64,000 bases of DNA from Schmidtea nova. Lineage: Eukaryota. The translations under genes were made by a program, and so were the position numbers. The stretch spans positions 238,886,001 through 238,950,000 of the forward strand of contig CM097883.1 in NCBI GenBank assembly GCA_044892505.1, in the 5' to 3' direction. Shown here piece by piece: positions 35,530 through 49,369 of the stretch (its first letter is position 1; the number at the start of each line of letters is the position of its first letter). Under the pieces are notes generated by a model. It saw only the letters and a list, made by a program, of their open reading frames with translations. It was not told where the DNA came from and did not search any database.

Positions 35530-36370
35530 TGTGGGCCAAAACATCAAGTACAGCCCAGTAACAGCAGAACACGTGAAATGGTTGATTAAAGCACGAGACG
35601 AACAAAGGCGCCTTGAGTGTCCACGTGGAAAACACATGTATAGAGTGGAGGCATTAATTGTGTAATGGAATGGCACAATGGGAAGAATTGATATCTTTTC
35701 GGGAGGAAATTTTCGAATTTTGGTGTAGAAATTCAAGAAATACGAAAGAGAATAATTTTGGTTAGAGATTATGATAGACGAGTTAAATTGGGGAACACTT
35801 TGATTTAGAAATGAAATTTTAGATCCAAAGTGAATTATTTAGAGTTTATTTAAAATTTTATGCAGTGGTAATAATTCAGTTTTGCGTAAAATTGTTGAAG
35901 TTGATTTTCAAGAATCGGAGAAATCCTTCTGGAGCAGTTTGTTTTGATGCATTGACGAAGGTAGTAGTTTGAGCAACTATATATACCGCCATCAAAATGG
36001 ATTTCATCAGAATTTTCCGGAATTTTGTTGCTAAAGATTTTGAAACGTTTTTAGCAGTAAAATTTTTAAGAGAGAACTTTGCTTAAAATCATTTGATTGA
36101 ATTCTCGGAAGGCGAATCCCTTGAAAGATTTCCCGAAAGCGCATCCGGACCAAGTGGAGAAGTTATTCGATTATATAAGGATCATGAATTTTATGTAATG
36201 AAGGCTAGCAATCATGCCTTGTTACCCTGCCGTAGGTATTCTGATTTGATTATTATTTTTATTTAAAGTTTGATAATGTTTTATCTTATGGTTAAATATG
36301 TAATGATTATTATAATTTTTTTTATTATTCAAGTTTTATTTTTACTTTGATCATATTTTCTCACAATCTA
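35530..36370 (+). repeat. 5' fragment of a family-2 giant LTR, possibly a 3' LTR preceded by a PPT-like GGAAGAAGA
   Basis: Starts TGTGGGCCAAAACATCAAGTA; ~35880-36070 aligns by eye with the reverse complement of ~44600-44790. Confidence 0.65.
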
Positions 36371-36390
36371 ACATCCTTATAATGATATTC

Positions 36391-36393
<3 letters not shown>

Positions 36394-36436
<43 letters not shown>
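36394..36436. repeat. (TA)n microsatellite
   Basis: Directly visible. Confidence 0.98.
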
Positions 36437-36440
<4 letters not shown>

Positions 36441-36854
36441 TAATTAAAACCATTTCCATACGTCTGATGATGGTCCACCTAGTCGTCGTACCGTCATCAG
36501 TCGCTTTGGTGAGTCATCAGTTCGCTAGATTAAACTTTAGTAGAATGATTGTAAAAGATTAAATATTATTAAGCATAGGTAAAAATTGTATTCTATCACT
36601 TTTGAAGCGAGCGTGGACATATAATGTAGAGATGGCGCAAGAAGTATACTCAAATATCTGAGAAAAACACCAAGTAAACAAAAATAATTAAAACAAAATT
36701 TAAATTTAAAGTGAACAAATGTAAGAAGTAAACACGAAAAACACAAACAAAACAAATTAACAAACTTATAAAAGAATTAGGTAAATATAAACATTCAAAA
36801 CATTTTATAAATAATTATTTTAATTTTAGAGTATAAAATGGTATTAAATTAATT

Positions 36855-36961
36855 AATAAATAAGTAACAAAATAAGCCTTTGCTGCAAAAATAATTTTAT
36901 AAATTTTCTCACTTAATAAAATTATTTTTGCAGCAAAGGCTTATTTTCTTACTTATTTATT
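36855..36961. repeat. ~107-bp palindrome (hairpin)
   Basis: Arms AATAAATAAGTAA...GCCTTTGCTGCAAAAATAATTTTAT and their complement flank a short asymmetric loop. Confidence 0.88.
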
Positions 36962-37043
36962 ATTTTAATTTTAATAGTATAAATGTAAAAAGGCTAAAAT
37001 ATTTTGTTTGGTACTATAGTATTATAGTACTATAGTTCTGTAT

Positions 37044-37215
37044 TGTTGGTACCATAGCTGGATGTTATTTTATGGCGACCAAATAATTATTGATGTAACC
37101 GATTAGTTACCCGTTGCAGGCAGCGTTGGTGCTGTAACTATTGGGTGCAAATACTCGCAAAAGGTGAGAGCTGCTACTAGAACTGTAATTGCTCGAGTAC
37201 TTTTGTTGGGGCTAT
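37044..37215 (-). repeat. 3' end of a third related LTR family
   Basis: Reverse complement reads TTGCGAGTAT...CACCAACG...TTATTTGGTCGCCATA...GCTATGGTACCAACA, matching ~46586-46802. Confidence 0.65.
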
Positions 37216-38286
37216 GGACTGTTGTTAAAAAAAAGTATTATTGTTATTAGCAATGACTACAATCCATATCTATTAATAAATGTTAAACTACATCACTCGT
37301 GCACCCATAGTTATTCATAGTTAATCATACATATGTGAGTTAAATTTCAAACATAATTTTTGTATTCTTTTCTATAACTTTGATTATTGGAGATTTTTAG
37401 AATAAATCATCGATTCCACAAGATCCGAAATAATGTTTGGAAAGTCTTGGAAAATTTTAATACTGTGACAATTTTACAAGAAATGTTGATGGTGGGATTA
37501 TTATTCAAATATATGTTTTCGTTTTATTTTATCTTCTTTATTAATGACGTAAAATCTTTAAATAAACTAATTGAACATTTATAAGACGAAGTTGGATCAT
37601 TGCATTTTTAGGAATATGTAAATTTCAAATTGGTTGTTAGACTTGTCAAATGTTACGCTCAAATTTGAATCAATCTTTAGATATTTTAATGTATGAATCG
37701 AATCATTAGGTAACATGTTAACCGAAATAATAATCTCATTGATTGTTAAACTTTAAGCAATATTTTCGACTTTTAATCAACACAATAATTTAGAAAACAT
37801 CGCAATCTTCATGACATTTTCTCAGCTCTCTTTTATCATTCGTCATTACTCTCACATTTCTTTTGTGTCACTTTCTAAAATCACCAATATGTTACGCATG
37901 TGTTTAAATTTTTAAAGAAGATTTTACTTTGAACAAAAACAAAAATAATTTCAATTAAAAGAAGTTTAATTATTATAAAAACCTTGCGGATCTTCGTTCA
38001 TGTCATTCTCTCTCATCTGCGAAGAGTATGAGGCCAAACTTGGGGGGTCGCTTTAACAACATGGAGACGGATAGTGCAAGAGAATCCACTCCGCACATGT
38101 TAGCCCACATTGACTACCTGCACTATAACAATCTTGGAATGTCTCAGCAAGATTATATCTCGAAAAGTCAAGAAATCAAAATAAATTCATACAAAGAAAT
38201 ATGATCATTTTAGTGCATGTATCGAGATTTTCTTGATCGAAGTTTTTGGTTCAATCACAACCAAGCCGTCGTTAGAGGGTTTTTCG

Positions 38287-38448
38287 ATCTATTTGGTTTT
38301 TTCCGATCATTTTGGAATTAAATTAATTAATTTATTAATTGATTTAATATTTTTCAATCAATTTCGATATTTTATCAATCATTTTGGAATATCCCAAAGG
38401 AAATGATTTTCCAAAATTCCAAAATGATCGGAAAAATCCAAATAGATC
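38287..38448. mobile_element. Small MITE with ~34-bp inverted repeats
   Basis: GATCTATTTGG...CCGATCATTTTGGAATT versus AATTCCAAAATGATCGG...CCAAATAGATC. Confidence 0.7.
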
Positions 38449-38599
38449 AATTACTACAGAAGATTTATCAAAGAATACACTAAAAAGGCAAAGATTCTAG
38501 AAGAGGTATGCTAGTTAAACAACAAAAAAATAATTTGGACAGATTGCTGCAACATCGCATTCGAAAATATGAAAAATGCTCTAATGTCCTCATTTATTC

Positions 38600-41500
38600 T
38601 ATAGTTTCCAGATTTCTAAAGAAAATTCATTCTGGAGACAGATGCTAGTTTTGACAATATTGGTGCTGTATTATCACAGAAAGATGACATTGGGTGTGAA
38701 AAGAAAATAGCATACGGTTCTCATGCAATGTATAATCATGAAAAGAGATATTACATAACAAAAAAGAGTTGCTGGCAATTTATTATTTTTGTCAACACTT
38801 CAATTATCTGGAAAACGGTTCACTTTGAGAACGAATCATAAAGCTATCACGTTTATGTTATCTACAAAGAAACCAATAACAACGCAATTTCAGACAGGGA
38901 TTAACTACCTCAGTAGTCTGGATATTAAAATAGAGTATAAATTATTACGGATCATGCAAATGCAGACGTCTTGTCAAGGAGCATATGTGAAACATGCACA
39001 CAATGTTTATTGGCACACGAAGACGCAAAATTGTAAAGAATGAAAACTCGAAGAATAAACACGATGGAAAAAACTGAAAATTATAAGTGGCAAAAAATTA
39101 ATACAGAAATAAAACAAATAAAAAGGAAATAGCACATGGTACTAGTTGGAAATTTATACTGGTAGACAATGTGGTGAAGACTATAGAGGGTAAGGTATGG
39201 ATACCTAGAGACAAAAGACAAGAAATGATAAAATGTATACATATTTTGCTATCACACGCAGAAGCAAAAAAGTGATTAAATATGTAGCATACAATTACGA
39301 TATGAGAGACATAAAAGAATCAGTAAAAGAAACAATTGCTCATTGCGAAGCATGTCAAAGAACGAAAGTTTTGACAACGAAGATTAGGGAAGAGACAATA
39401 AAACTGACAGTAGAAGAACCGTGGGAAAAAGTGTACATTGATATATATGGCCCATTGTAGAAAACATTCAGAAAGAAAAGATATATAATCTCAATTATTG
39501 ATCAATTTAGCAGATATATTCTCTGACGGCTGTCGCTAAACAGGACGAGGAAACGGTGAAGGAAACAATACTACAAAAATGGATTCTTAAATTTGGAGCA
39601 CCAACAGAATTTTACACAGATTATGGAAAAGTATTTGAATCCAAGATGATGAAAGATTTTACAAAATCAATGGGAATACACTTTGCTTTTCAAGTCCATA
39701 CCAGCATAATACAAATGGTTTGATAGTGGTGGGTTGTTGATCGTCAATATGATCTTGACGTTACTATGGCTCGCATCAACAACTCATCATACAAAACATT
39801 AGATTAATCATCTTGTTGCCCGTCACAATGTAACGTTGGTAATGCAACAAATGGGTGGGTATTCGCAATCAGTGAGCGTCGAAAATTCGAAACTATGATT
39901 GACCAAATTTCTCCTGGGTCCAAGGGCTACCGATAGAAGGTCTACTGCTCATTTTTGTCCCTTCCTCTATAATTCAGCTACCAATTTTTATAGGTAATTA
40001 GCGAAATAAAAGTTTCATCGGCTAGTATTTATTAATCTATCTCAATTGGTCTTTTCCTACCAATCGCTATCCGTTTTCACAAAGTATTCTCATCACACAT
40101 TCCACAGTCAAACAATAATTCAAGTTAATACACAATTCAAAAATTTAATATAATTAAAAGGAAATACATACAATACATATCACAATAAAACATTAAAGAC
40201 AAAAAATCACTTGTCAACAACAGAATTAGTCAAATTTGTTAAATTAAATAATAGTCAGGTCAAATTAATGTTTAGTCAAGAAACTCGGTGGATTCTTTTT
40301 GGAATTGGCCCAATAGGCAAACTTCCTGGCGACGTCTTCTTCGCGCCCTAACCCCTTTACTGGATTTCTGACGTTTAGACCTTTCCGGAACCACAGGCGT
40401 TTGAATTTCCTCCTCGACTCTGGCAGGAAATAGTTCTTGAGCCGGTTGGGGTATCTTCGGCAGTACGGCTACAATGATGCCACTGTCTGCTTTCAACTTA
40501 TCAATCAGCAAGTCCTGTTCCCGCATGGATACTCGACACGCGCGCAACCTTAACTAGTCTTCGGCAGTCTGATGCAGAAGCAATTGATTCTGCTTCTTCA
40601 AATTATCGACGGTCTCCTTGTCGGACCATGTCCATTCCATTTCCCGACAGCGAGCTCTGAATTTCTTCATTCGGGAGGTCGTTATTTGTAGGGCGTCTGA
40701 ATTTGATGTTCCCCTTTATTCCAGTTCGGCAAAGCAAGGGTCTATTTTTCGGTTATACTTCGCGTTTTCAAGGGATAATCGAAACAGTTCGTCGATCTTT
40801 TGCTCAATGTTCATTTCTAGAAATGGGTATATGATATTTAAAACACATTTAAGTCACTATTTAGCATCAAGGCATGTCAACAAAAAACGTTATTTCTACA
40901 TGCAATTAATTATCTATCTTGGGAAAACATAGTTTTTCCCTCATCACTCCTCAATTCGGAAAAAATATCACTAAAAGGACCTGGGAAACAATCTATTCAC
41001 TCGCTATCTTTCCCTATTCGGCCTTCAAAATTTTGATTTTAAATTTCCTATATCTTTGTATGTAGAAGTTTAGTCGAAAACTCGCTCTGAATACCAGTCC
41101 TAATGTCTATCTTGCTATTTATTCTTAGAATCTTATTAAAATCTGAACTTTTATAATTTAAATTTTCATCGAGGCCTTAGTAACGGCAACGGTGTAGATT
41201 TTTCTAATGTTATATTAATTTAACCTTATAAATTTAGCTATGATTATGAATTTTTATACTAATTTCAGATTTCAGACGAAATTGTAAATTAGAAAATTTA
41301 ATCTCAAACGTTCTTAGGCCAATTTCTTCGACTACAAGCTCCGTAAAGGAAAACTATATAAACGTAAGTACAAGATTTACTAATTTTAATTGGTTAATTT
41401 ATTTTATACAAATTTAATTTATATTAAGAAAATTATTGATTTTTCTTTTCAGTTATTTTGGTAGAGGAACCCCTAAGAAAACGTTGGTAATTATTACATT

Positions 41501-44500
41501 AACGAGTGGGATTGGTAATTTTGTTTTAACAATTTTCTTAAAATCTAATTGTTATTTGTAGATTATTCCACTTTATCAACTCTCAGATATACGAAAATTC
41601 CCAATGGTTGAAATTGTTCAGGTAATTTTCTGTAAGCTTAGTTGCAATTTACATTACGTGACAGGTATGAACTTAGAGATTTAAATCGTTCGTCTTGGAT
41701 TTCCTCAGGTGAACTAAAAGAAAATATGGATTTATTCCTCGAGCGATCTCAATTCTATCTAGTGGGAATATTTTTGACGCTCTAAAATTAAATGGAATTT
41801 TCTCATTCTTGGAAATTTCTCTTCCAACTTTCAAGCAGGGTTCGTGTATCGTCTCACGAATAATCAACTTTGCTGTTAATCTTAGCATGGAAAGTTTTAT
41901 AACAATTTCTATACAATTGACACTTTTGAATTATCAACTTTCGAGTTGTTTCTTCCTTTTAAAGTTTATCAATGGAAATTTTAGGTACTTTAAATTTTCA
42001 ATGAGATCATCGACTCATCATTAAAAATATTTTTATTGATGTGAATTTAACTCTGAACAGAACATACTTCATGCTGAACTTATGAATGCGCGAATGATTT
42101 ATTCAAGTATATACTCTAACAATTCACCAATTTTTCGATTTCCCTTTTTCGAGCCGCTGACGACGAGATTTGTTGATTACACCCATCGGAACAAAATTGA
42201 TTGTTTATATGATAAAAATATATATTAATTCGTGGTTCTTTATTTTTTATTTTTACTGAAATTTTGGATAAAATAAATATCGATTTTGGTTTTTTGTGGT
42301 TGTTGGTTCTGATTTTTACCGGTAGCTTTTGATCGATTTTATAATATAAAAAATAAATAATAAAACGAATATGATGTTTTGTGGTAGTTGAATGAATGAA
42401 ATTTTGGCATTGTCTTGTTGGAGGCGTGCATGTTTATGTATGATGTGGGAGGCTATAATTTCGAGTTTTTATGTTGTTATACTTTTATGGGTTTATTATG
42501 AATTTTCACGGTGATAGTTGCAGGATATTGTATGTGATTAGGTGTTATTGTATGTGTCTGTATGTTGAATTTAATGCAGAATAAAAACGAGTAGTTTAAT
42601 GGTGGGTGAGATTGGATGAGTGCTTGTGAGATCATCTGGATGTATGATGCAGACACATGCTATCAAATGAATTTTTGGGTGTGAATTTTAGGGATGTTTG
42701 ATGCTGATGGACGTTAAAGAGTGAGACGATGTTGTGTGTGTATTATAGATAAATAAGTTTTGTATGTGTTATTAGATATGGATGATGTTATTGAACGGCA
42801 TGGATGTTATTGATTTGCAAATATAGGTGTTTTATATCTTTTGTAATATCGTTGGGGTTAGTTTAAAAACTAATAAATTACATAAAGATAAATAAATTTT
42901 ACAATAAAGTAATAATTCTAGTATCCATCAATCTTCTTAGTTAAATTTTTAAAATTTGAATTTTATAAAGTAACAATAAAATTTTCGATTTATACTTTTT
43001 ACATTTTAATATAATAAAAATATTTTTAATTTTACAAGCTAATAAAAGGACTCGATTTATAAATTTTTACTTTTTTAGGAGAAAAAAAAGATTGTATTTT
43101 AAATTTTCCCAGGATATAATTCCTATAAAAGTAAATTTTGGTTTTATAATTAAAATTTGCAATTTCCATGAAGTTTACACAATAAATAAAATTTTCAATT
43201 CAAAAATTTTCCTAAATAAATTCAAATAAATAAATAACGTAAAATTTATCCACCGTTATACAAAGGTTTTTATAATAGAATTCTTGATTGGTAATTTTTC
43301 AAAGGGATTTGAATCTGCTGATCTAAAGTAATTTTCACAAAGATATTGAGATTTCAGCTTTTGTATCTTCGTTCGGTAATCATTCAAAATCAACTCTCTA
43401 ATTCATAATAGTTTTCGACATCAAGTGAGGTGAATTTTAGTTTCGTTCGAGCGTGAATTTCCCGAACAAAGTGCGCGCGAATTTTTCGAGACACTTCACT
43501 CGAGAACTTCAGGCTTACGAAACTAAAGTTCGCTGGAGTAAGTTATTCAGATAACTATGTATTTAATGAGGTTTAATTCAAATAAATCAATACTTGCTCT
43601 CATATTTTGTTTCGTGGTAAATATTTTTATCTGTTTTGAGCATTAGTTTGAACGATTCCCTTTAATAATATTGACTTTTATTCGACTTGTAGATTCTGAT
43701 AAGATGACAATTGTTGTGAGAGTGAAGGCGAGTAACGAGTTGGATATTTTGTGTTGACAAATTCCGTGGTTGGAAAGACATTAATGGATGTATTAACGTT
43801 AGTGTTTTTTGCTGAAGTATCGGTTTTTAATTGCACAATATGTTATAAAATATAGTTCGGATAAAATACATTAATATAAATTGCTGATCATTAATATTAA
43901 AACCTTGCCCTTGGCCAAGCCACTGTTCCCCAGTTGGGATGAAGTGATCATGGATGTTTGGGCGTATCACCTGGAGTCGGAAAAATGGACTGATCGATTA
44001 CGAATCGAACCAACGATCCGCTCAGGCTACTTCCATTCGTTCGGCACGAGGCCTGAACGGATATCAGAGGGTATGGGAGCAAAAAAAATTATTTTTATTT
44101 GTCATAAAACAGTAACTATTGCATGTAGGCTAAGAAAATTTTATGTTTGAAATGGGAATTTGTGACAACTAAAAGGAATATTAGCATAAAATAAAAGTAA
44201 ATGCATATAATTAAATGAATATTTTCATTTAAAATTTTATTAACGAGTTATGGATAAATAATAAATAAATAGAAATAAAACAAATAAATATAAAAGTGAC
44301 CAAGTTGCTGGGCATGGGATGATCAACGGGCATGACGGTTGATGATACCATACCAAAATAAAGAAAAATTCTCACATTAGTATTCACGATGTAGGATCTT
44401 TTAGCAGTGTCCTTCTTCGACTTGGCGATTTAAATCAAAGAACCAAATGATATCTTCTTTAATGAAATTCTTCTGCGAACTATTGAATTCAGGAGGCTTG

Positions 44501-45690
44501 AGTTCAGTCATGGTTCTTTTGAGAATCGATAGAACTAATGTAATTTCTTCTCGAGTGGTTAATTATGGCGACCGGTTAAAAATTATTTTTCTTTTCTCTC
44601 TTTCTGTAATAATTCTTCTGCGACCAAAAAGAAATAAAATTTTCTCACAAATTCTGCCTTCTGCTATTTTGATGGAAGTATATATACCTCGTTCTATGTG
44701 TTACCTTCGTTGATGTATTAAAACAAATTGTTCTAGAAGGAGTTTCTAATTTTCTCGAAATTAATTCCAACAATTTTCCGCAAAATTAAGTTAATATTTT
44801 TACATCAAATTTTCATAAAACTTTAAATAATTTATTTTTAATCCAAAATTTTACTTTTGAATTAAAGTTTATTCTAATTTGATTTAATTTGTTGCATTTT
44901 CGATCAAAATTACTTTCTTTTATATTTTTATGCATTTTCAATATGAAATCGTGATCTTCCTTCTAAAAACATGCTAAATTTCCACAACTGAGGTTTTATG
45001 ACGTGAATGCGTTCACCAGGAGCATATTCAATGTGTTTTCGGCCTATTCTAGCTATTTAAACGTTCTTATTTTAACCAATTTTTGTTCTACTTGATGTTT
45101 TGGTTTATGGGCCTGTAGATTAGAACTTCGCGCGTTCTCTACTTGTTAGTGCGCTTTGCCCGCTTTAATATTTAGGTGTGTTTTCACTTAACTACTTCGA
45201 TTTTACTTGATGTTTTGGTTAAATTAGAATCTTGCGCGCTCTCTACTTATTGTTTTACCGCTTTATTTAAACAATTTGCAGTTTTGGCCCAACAATAGAA
45301 TGTCAATTCAGGACAATAAGGGACTATATAAATACGTCATTAAAAGGGAAAAGTAGAACAGATTGGGCAGAGAGCATACCAGAGATTGAATTTACACGAA
45401 TGCAACGTTTCAGAAATCTTCAAATAACATTTTCCGGAATTAAAATATTTAAAATTTAAAATATCATAAAAAACGGAAGCAAACACAGCACAGTCTTTTT
45501 GTCTTCAGGAAGCGATTATCACAGGGTTGAGGATATGTCTTACGTCAATAAACGTTCCGAGTTGGTTCACGACAAAATGTTTAAGGAGAAATTTTCTAAA
45601 CATGAATGCATGAAAACCTTTGCGTTTTTGGGACTAATTAATTTTGTTTTCTCTGACAATCAAGGTTTTAATAACCACGATTGATGGTAC
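38600..45690 (+). pseudogene. Degenerate Ty3/Gypsy RNase H-integrase (38600-39726 plus 45299-~45690), split by a solo LTR
   Basis: FILETDASFDNIGAVLSQ, TNHKAITFM, EPWEKVYIDIYGPL, FGAPTEFYTDYGKVFES. The motif HNTNGLI|ECQFRTIRDY is restored across the insertion. Confidence 0.88.
39727..45294 (-). mobile_element. Complete 5568-bp solo LTR (giant family 2)
   Basis: Termini TGGTGGG...CCCAACA on + strand, 4-bp TSD ATAG (39723-39726 and 45295-45298), no gag/pol inside; LTR-ORF remnant at ~40272-40815. Confidence 0.9.
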
Positions 45691-45789
45691 CATTCATTTT
45701 AGACGCTCTAGGTCGTTTTAAATAATCTTCCAATCTGACTGAGGGATTGGTAAACTAAAACAAGAAAAAATCTTTCAAAATTCGAAAAT

Positions 45790-46236
45790 TAGGACACTTT
45801 TAGGACAAATGATATTAATAATTTTGTTTTGTTTGTTGTTGTGTTATGTGTATTTAAAAATGATTATTGAATGAAATTAAGGTTTGTAAAAGTTTTGATG
45901 CTTAGAATGATCAGTTTTGATGTATTAATAAAATCCTATTGATGTGATTATTTATTTTAAATTGCCGATCAAAAACCTTAATGTATATTTGTGTATTAAA
46001 TGTTGAGTATTGGACTAAGAAATGGGCATTGAACCTTCTATCGGTCGCTCTTGAACGCAATGTGATGTTTGGTCGATCATAGTTTAGATTTTTCGACACT
46101 CACTGTTTGCGGACATCCGTCCATTTGCTGCATTACCAACGAGAAACAAGATGGTTTTAACTTATGTTTTATGTGTTGAGTCGTTGATATGAGCCATAGA
46201 AACGTCAAGGTCATATTGGTGGTCAACAATCCACCA
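45790..46236 (+). repeat. 3' fragment of a family-2 LTR
   Basis: AACCTTCTATCGG core at ~46042; ends CAATCCACCA. Confidence 0.85.
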
Positions 46237-46585
46237 ATAATGAGAAATAATCAGACTAACCATGAACGATAAAAAACTTTCTTATCATATAAAAATTTAA
46301 AGTGAATGAACAAAAATCAAATCATTAAAAACTTTATTTTCATTAAATATAGTTACCTCATAACATAAATAATCTTTGAAAATATTCCAACGGAACGAAA
46401 CGTCATCGGATTATAGCTTGAAACCGACGAAATCTGCAATGTAAAGAATCTACAGAAGAAAAAGAAATCAATAAATATATTTAAACTAATAATCTTACCG
46501 GTTCACTAATTTTCTTGGATAGTAAAAACAATAGTAAAATAATTAGAAAGTTAATGCAAATTTTATAAAAAGTTAAAGTATTATT

Positions 46586-46802
46586 GTGAAAAAAAGGGAC
46601 CATACGGCGAAATGAGCGCATATCTTCTATCGATAGCTCTTGAACCCACAGAGATTACTCCAGCACTTATTGTTCTGAAAACAGCGCCTACTTCTTGCGA
46701 GTATTTTCGGCCATTAGATACATTACCAACGTTGCTTACAACAGTTAAATAAGTATTTCTTATTTGGTCGCCATAGAATTTGATCCTGCTATAGTACGAA
46801 CA
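46586..46802 (+). repeat. 3' end of a family-3 LTR
   Basis: AGGGAC...CTTCTATCGATAGCTCTTGAACCC...TTGCGAGTAT...CATTACCAACGTT...GTACGAACA. Confidence 0.65.
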
Positions 46803-46821
46803 TATCTAATGTTATTAAATC

Positions 46822-47750
46822 ATGAATTATTTACGGAAGAACAATACCGAAACTTGACTCGAGACTGATTTTATTTTACAGAAACAACAAAGCACCTATA
46901 GAGCAACATGCGTATTTTGCAAACAAGAAATAAAACAATGAATGACTAATGATGATTTACTTAAAGAGCACCAAAAACATTCACCAACTTGCTCATTTAT
47001 TTTCAATATTTGTTCAGGAAATCAAACATAGACAATCATGAATAACAACTAAAAAATCACAATATATAAATATGAGAAAGAGAAGAAAAAAGCATAGCGA
47101 CAGTAAAACCAGTGAATCAATCATAATTCTTTTTCCTGATAACAGAGGCAGAAAGAACAATGAAAGGAAGAATCGAGACATTCAAGGACAAGAAACTAGA
47201 AGTAAGAATAGCTATTGAAAAATTAACTATTGAACAAACTATTGAATGAATGGAATGAGGAATTTAACATCAATTACCAAAAGAAGAGGAAGAGTACCCG
47301 AAACATCGAGGTTATTGTGGTTTCGTTGAAAAATAATATGACGATTAGGAACCAATAAACAATTAAAACCCGGAAATTACTTTCACAGAAAGAGAAGTAG
47401 TAAGAATACTAGACGAACCAAAAACTGAAGTTCAAAAATGAAGTATTTATAAGAGAATTGATCAGAGAAAGATTATAAGGAAGCAGAGAAAATTGTTGAA
47501 TAAACCTATGTTTTAATTAAATCAGTAACCCAATTCACAAGAAAATAATAAACCAGTCTACCAGCATCATGCTTAAGGAAAGTGATATTAAGTAAATATT
47601 TGTGTTCGATATGTTGGATATATAAGGTAGAAATAATTCATACTCGTGTGATCATGTCAGCATGTGCATAATGTAGTAAAGGGTTAAGAAGTTATCCTAT
47701 AGGCAAACAACCAATCGACAAACGGATTAAAAGATTACATCGTGTTGAAC
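46822..47750 (+). pseudogene. Degenerate inhibitor-of-apoptosis (BIR plus RING) gene
   Basis: TCVFCKQEIKQ*MTNDDLLKEHQKHSPTCSFIFNICSGN (BIR with W changed to a stop). RING remnant LCSICWIYKVEII...SACA*CSKGLRSYP...IDKRI near 47600-47740. Confidence 0.8.
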
Positions 47751-47862
47751 AATAATTAAGGCAATAAAATCATATATAAAAGTAGTAGTTTATAAATAAA
47801 GCTTGTTACCAAAAGTTAAATGAAAAGAAATCATAAATATTATAATTTAGAAATTAACATAA

Positions 47863-49365
47863 TGGTGGGTTGTTGATCGTCAATATAACCTTGACGTTAC
47901 CAAGGCTCGTATCAACAACTCAACATACAAAACATTGAAATAACCATCTTGTTGCCCGTCACAATGTAACGTTGGTAATGCAACAAATGGGTGGGTATTC
48001 GCAATCAGTGAGCGTCGTCAATACGAAACTATGATTGACCGAATATCTCCTAGGTCCAAGGGCTACCGATAGAAGGTTTATTGTCTATTCTGTCCCTTCT
48101 TGCATGATTTATCTATAAGTATTCAACAAAATTTTATCGGCAATTCAACATAAACATTCTACATAACTATAAATTTATTATTGCATCCAAATAAATTATT
48201 CCGAGCAGCAAAAACACATACTTAACCTTAAATTTTTCGAATATCGAAACTAATGATAATAAAAAAAAAATAAAAATTCTTTACAATAAATTTTCAATTT
48301 ATATTTGAAATTTTAAGACCTCAATTTTCATTCTATGCACGAAAATTTTATTTATAAATTAAACCAAAAAAAAATTCCCTTGTTTAAAATCACCAATATT
48401 CATCTTCAAGGAAAAACAAAATTCCAAAAAATCATCAAGAGTAAGTTAAATAATATGAATTATGCAATTAAAAAACAATTTAACGTTTAGATAAACAACA
48501 GGCTGGCATCGTCGGGGGATGTGGAAACAGAAGCGGACTCTCTCCCCGAAAATAATTCAAAAGAAACTAGAATTTCATCCCATACAAAGCACAAATGCCA
48601 ATTCTATCGCAAAGTTAGTATTTATAATTATTTAAAAATTATCATTAATCTGCTTTATTTTAAATTTAGAAGTTTTGAAGAAAATTAGTCGAGATTTGGA
48701 ATAGCAAGGGTTATAAGAAAATCCTCGCTACCACAGCCACAACGAAATTCTAGACGCTTTGATGAAGACCGTCAATTATGATTCAGAAAACTTTTAAATT
48801 AGATTAATTTATCTTCTTTTTAATGATATAAATAAAAATATTTTTCTTTTTATTGTGATATTTTCAACTTCCTTTTATGATAGTAAAATTGTAAGAGCTT
48901 TTATTTAATGGTGCGTAGAATGGTAAAACTGACTGGAGAAATGCATGCTTGTATTGTTAATTCGAAACATCCCGGTATGCTTGAAAATGGATCCGGTATG
49001 GCTCTTAGGAATATTGATTGACGGGGAATTTTCCGTAGGAAGTTGATGAGGGAAAACTACTAGTTTAAATTTGAATATATATGGATGATAATTTTGGTAA
49101 ATCATTTGACTATAGTATGCTGTATTTTGTAATGACATTTCGGTATAGGAGGTAGATTGTTGATTTTCAAGTTTGTGTGTATGTATACTATTATAGATTT
49201 AGGATATATTTTCTATTGTCATGATTATTTGCGATTGTATGTTGGGTGAAATAAGGGATTCAGTGAATGGGTGTGAATGCTTGTACAGTTTCTGGATGTA
49301 TGATGCTAACTAATATAACTGTGTAGATTTTCTGTATGAATTGTCTGGATGTAAGTAGGTAGATG
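47863..49365 (-). repeat. Internally deleted family-2-like LTR fragment
   Basis: Starts TGGTGGGTTGTTGATCG with the full U5 module; ~49150-49350 resembles ~42500-42700. Confidence 0.8.
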
Positions 49366-49369
49366 TGTG

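Noticed and set aside
36465-36510. Hammerhead ribozyme (CTGATGA)
   Set aside because: CTGATGA pairs with a downstream TCATCAG as a simple hairpin, and no GAAA core follows.
37300-38200. Possible further polymerase or TE coding remnant
   Set aside because: Too many stops and no motif I could support.
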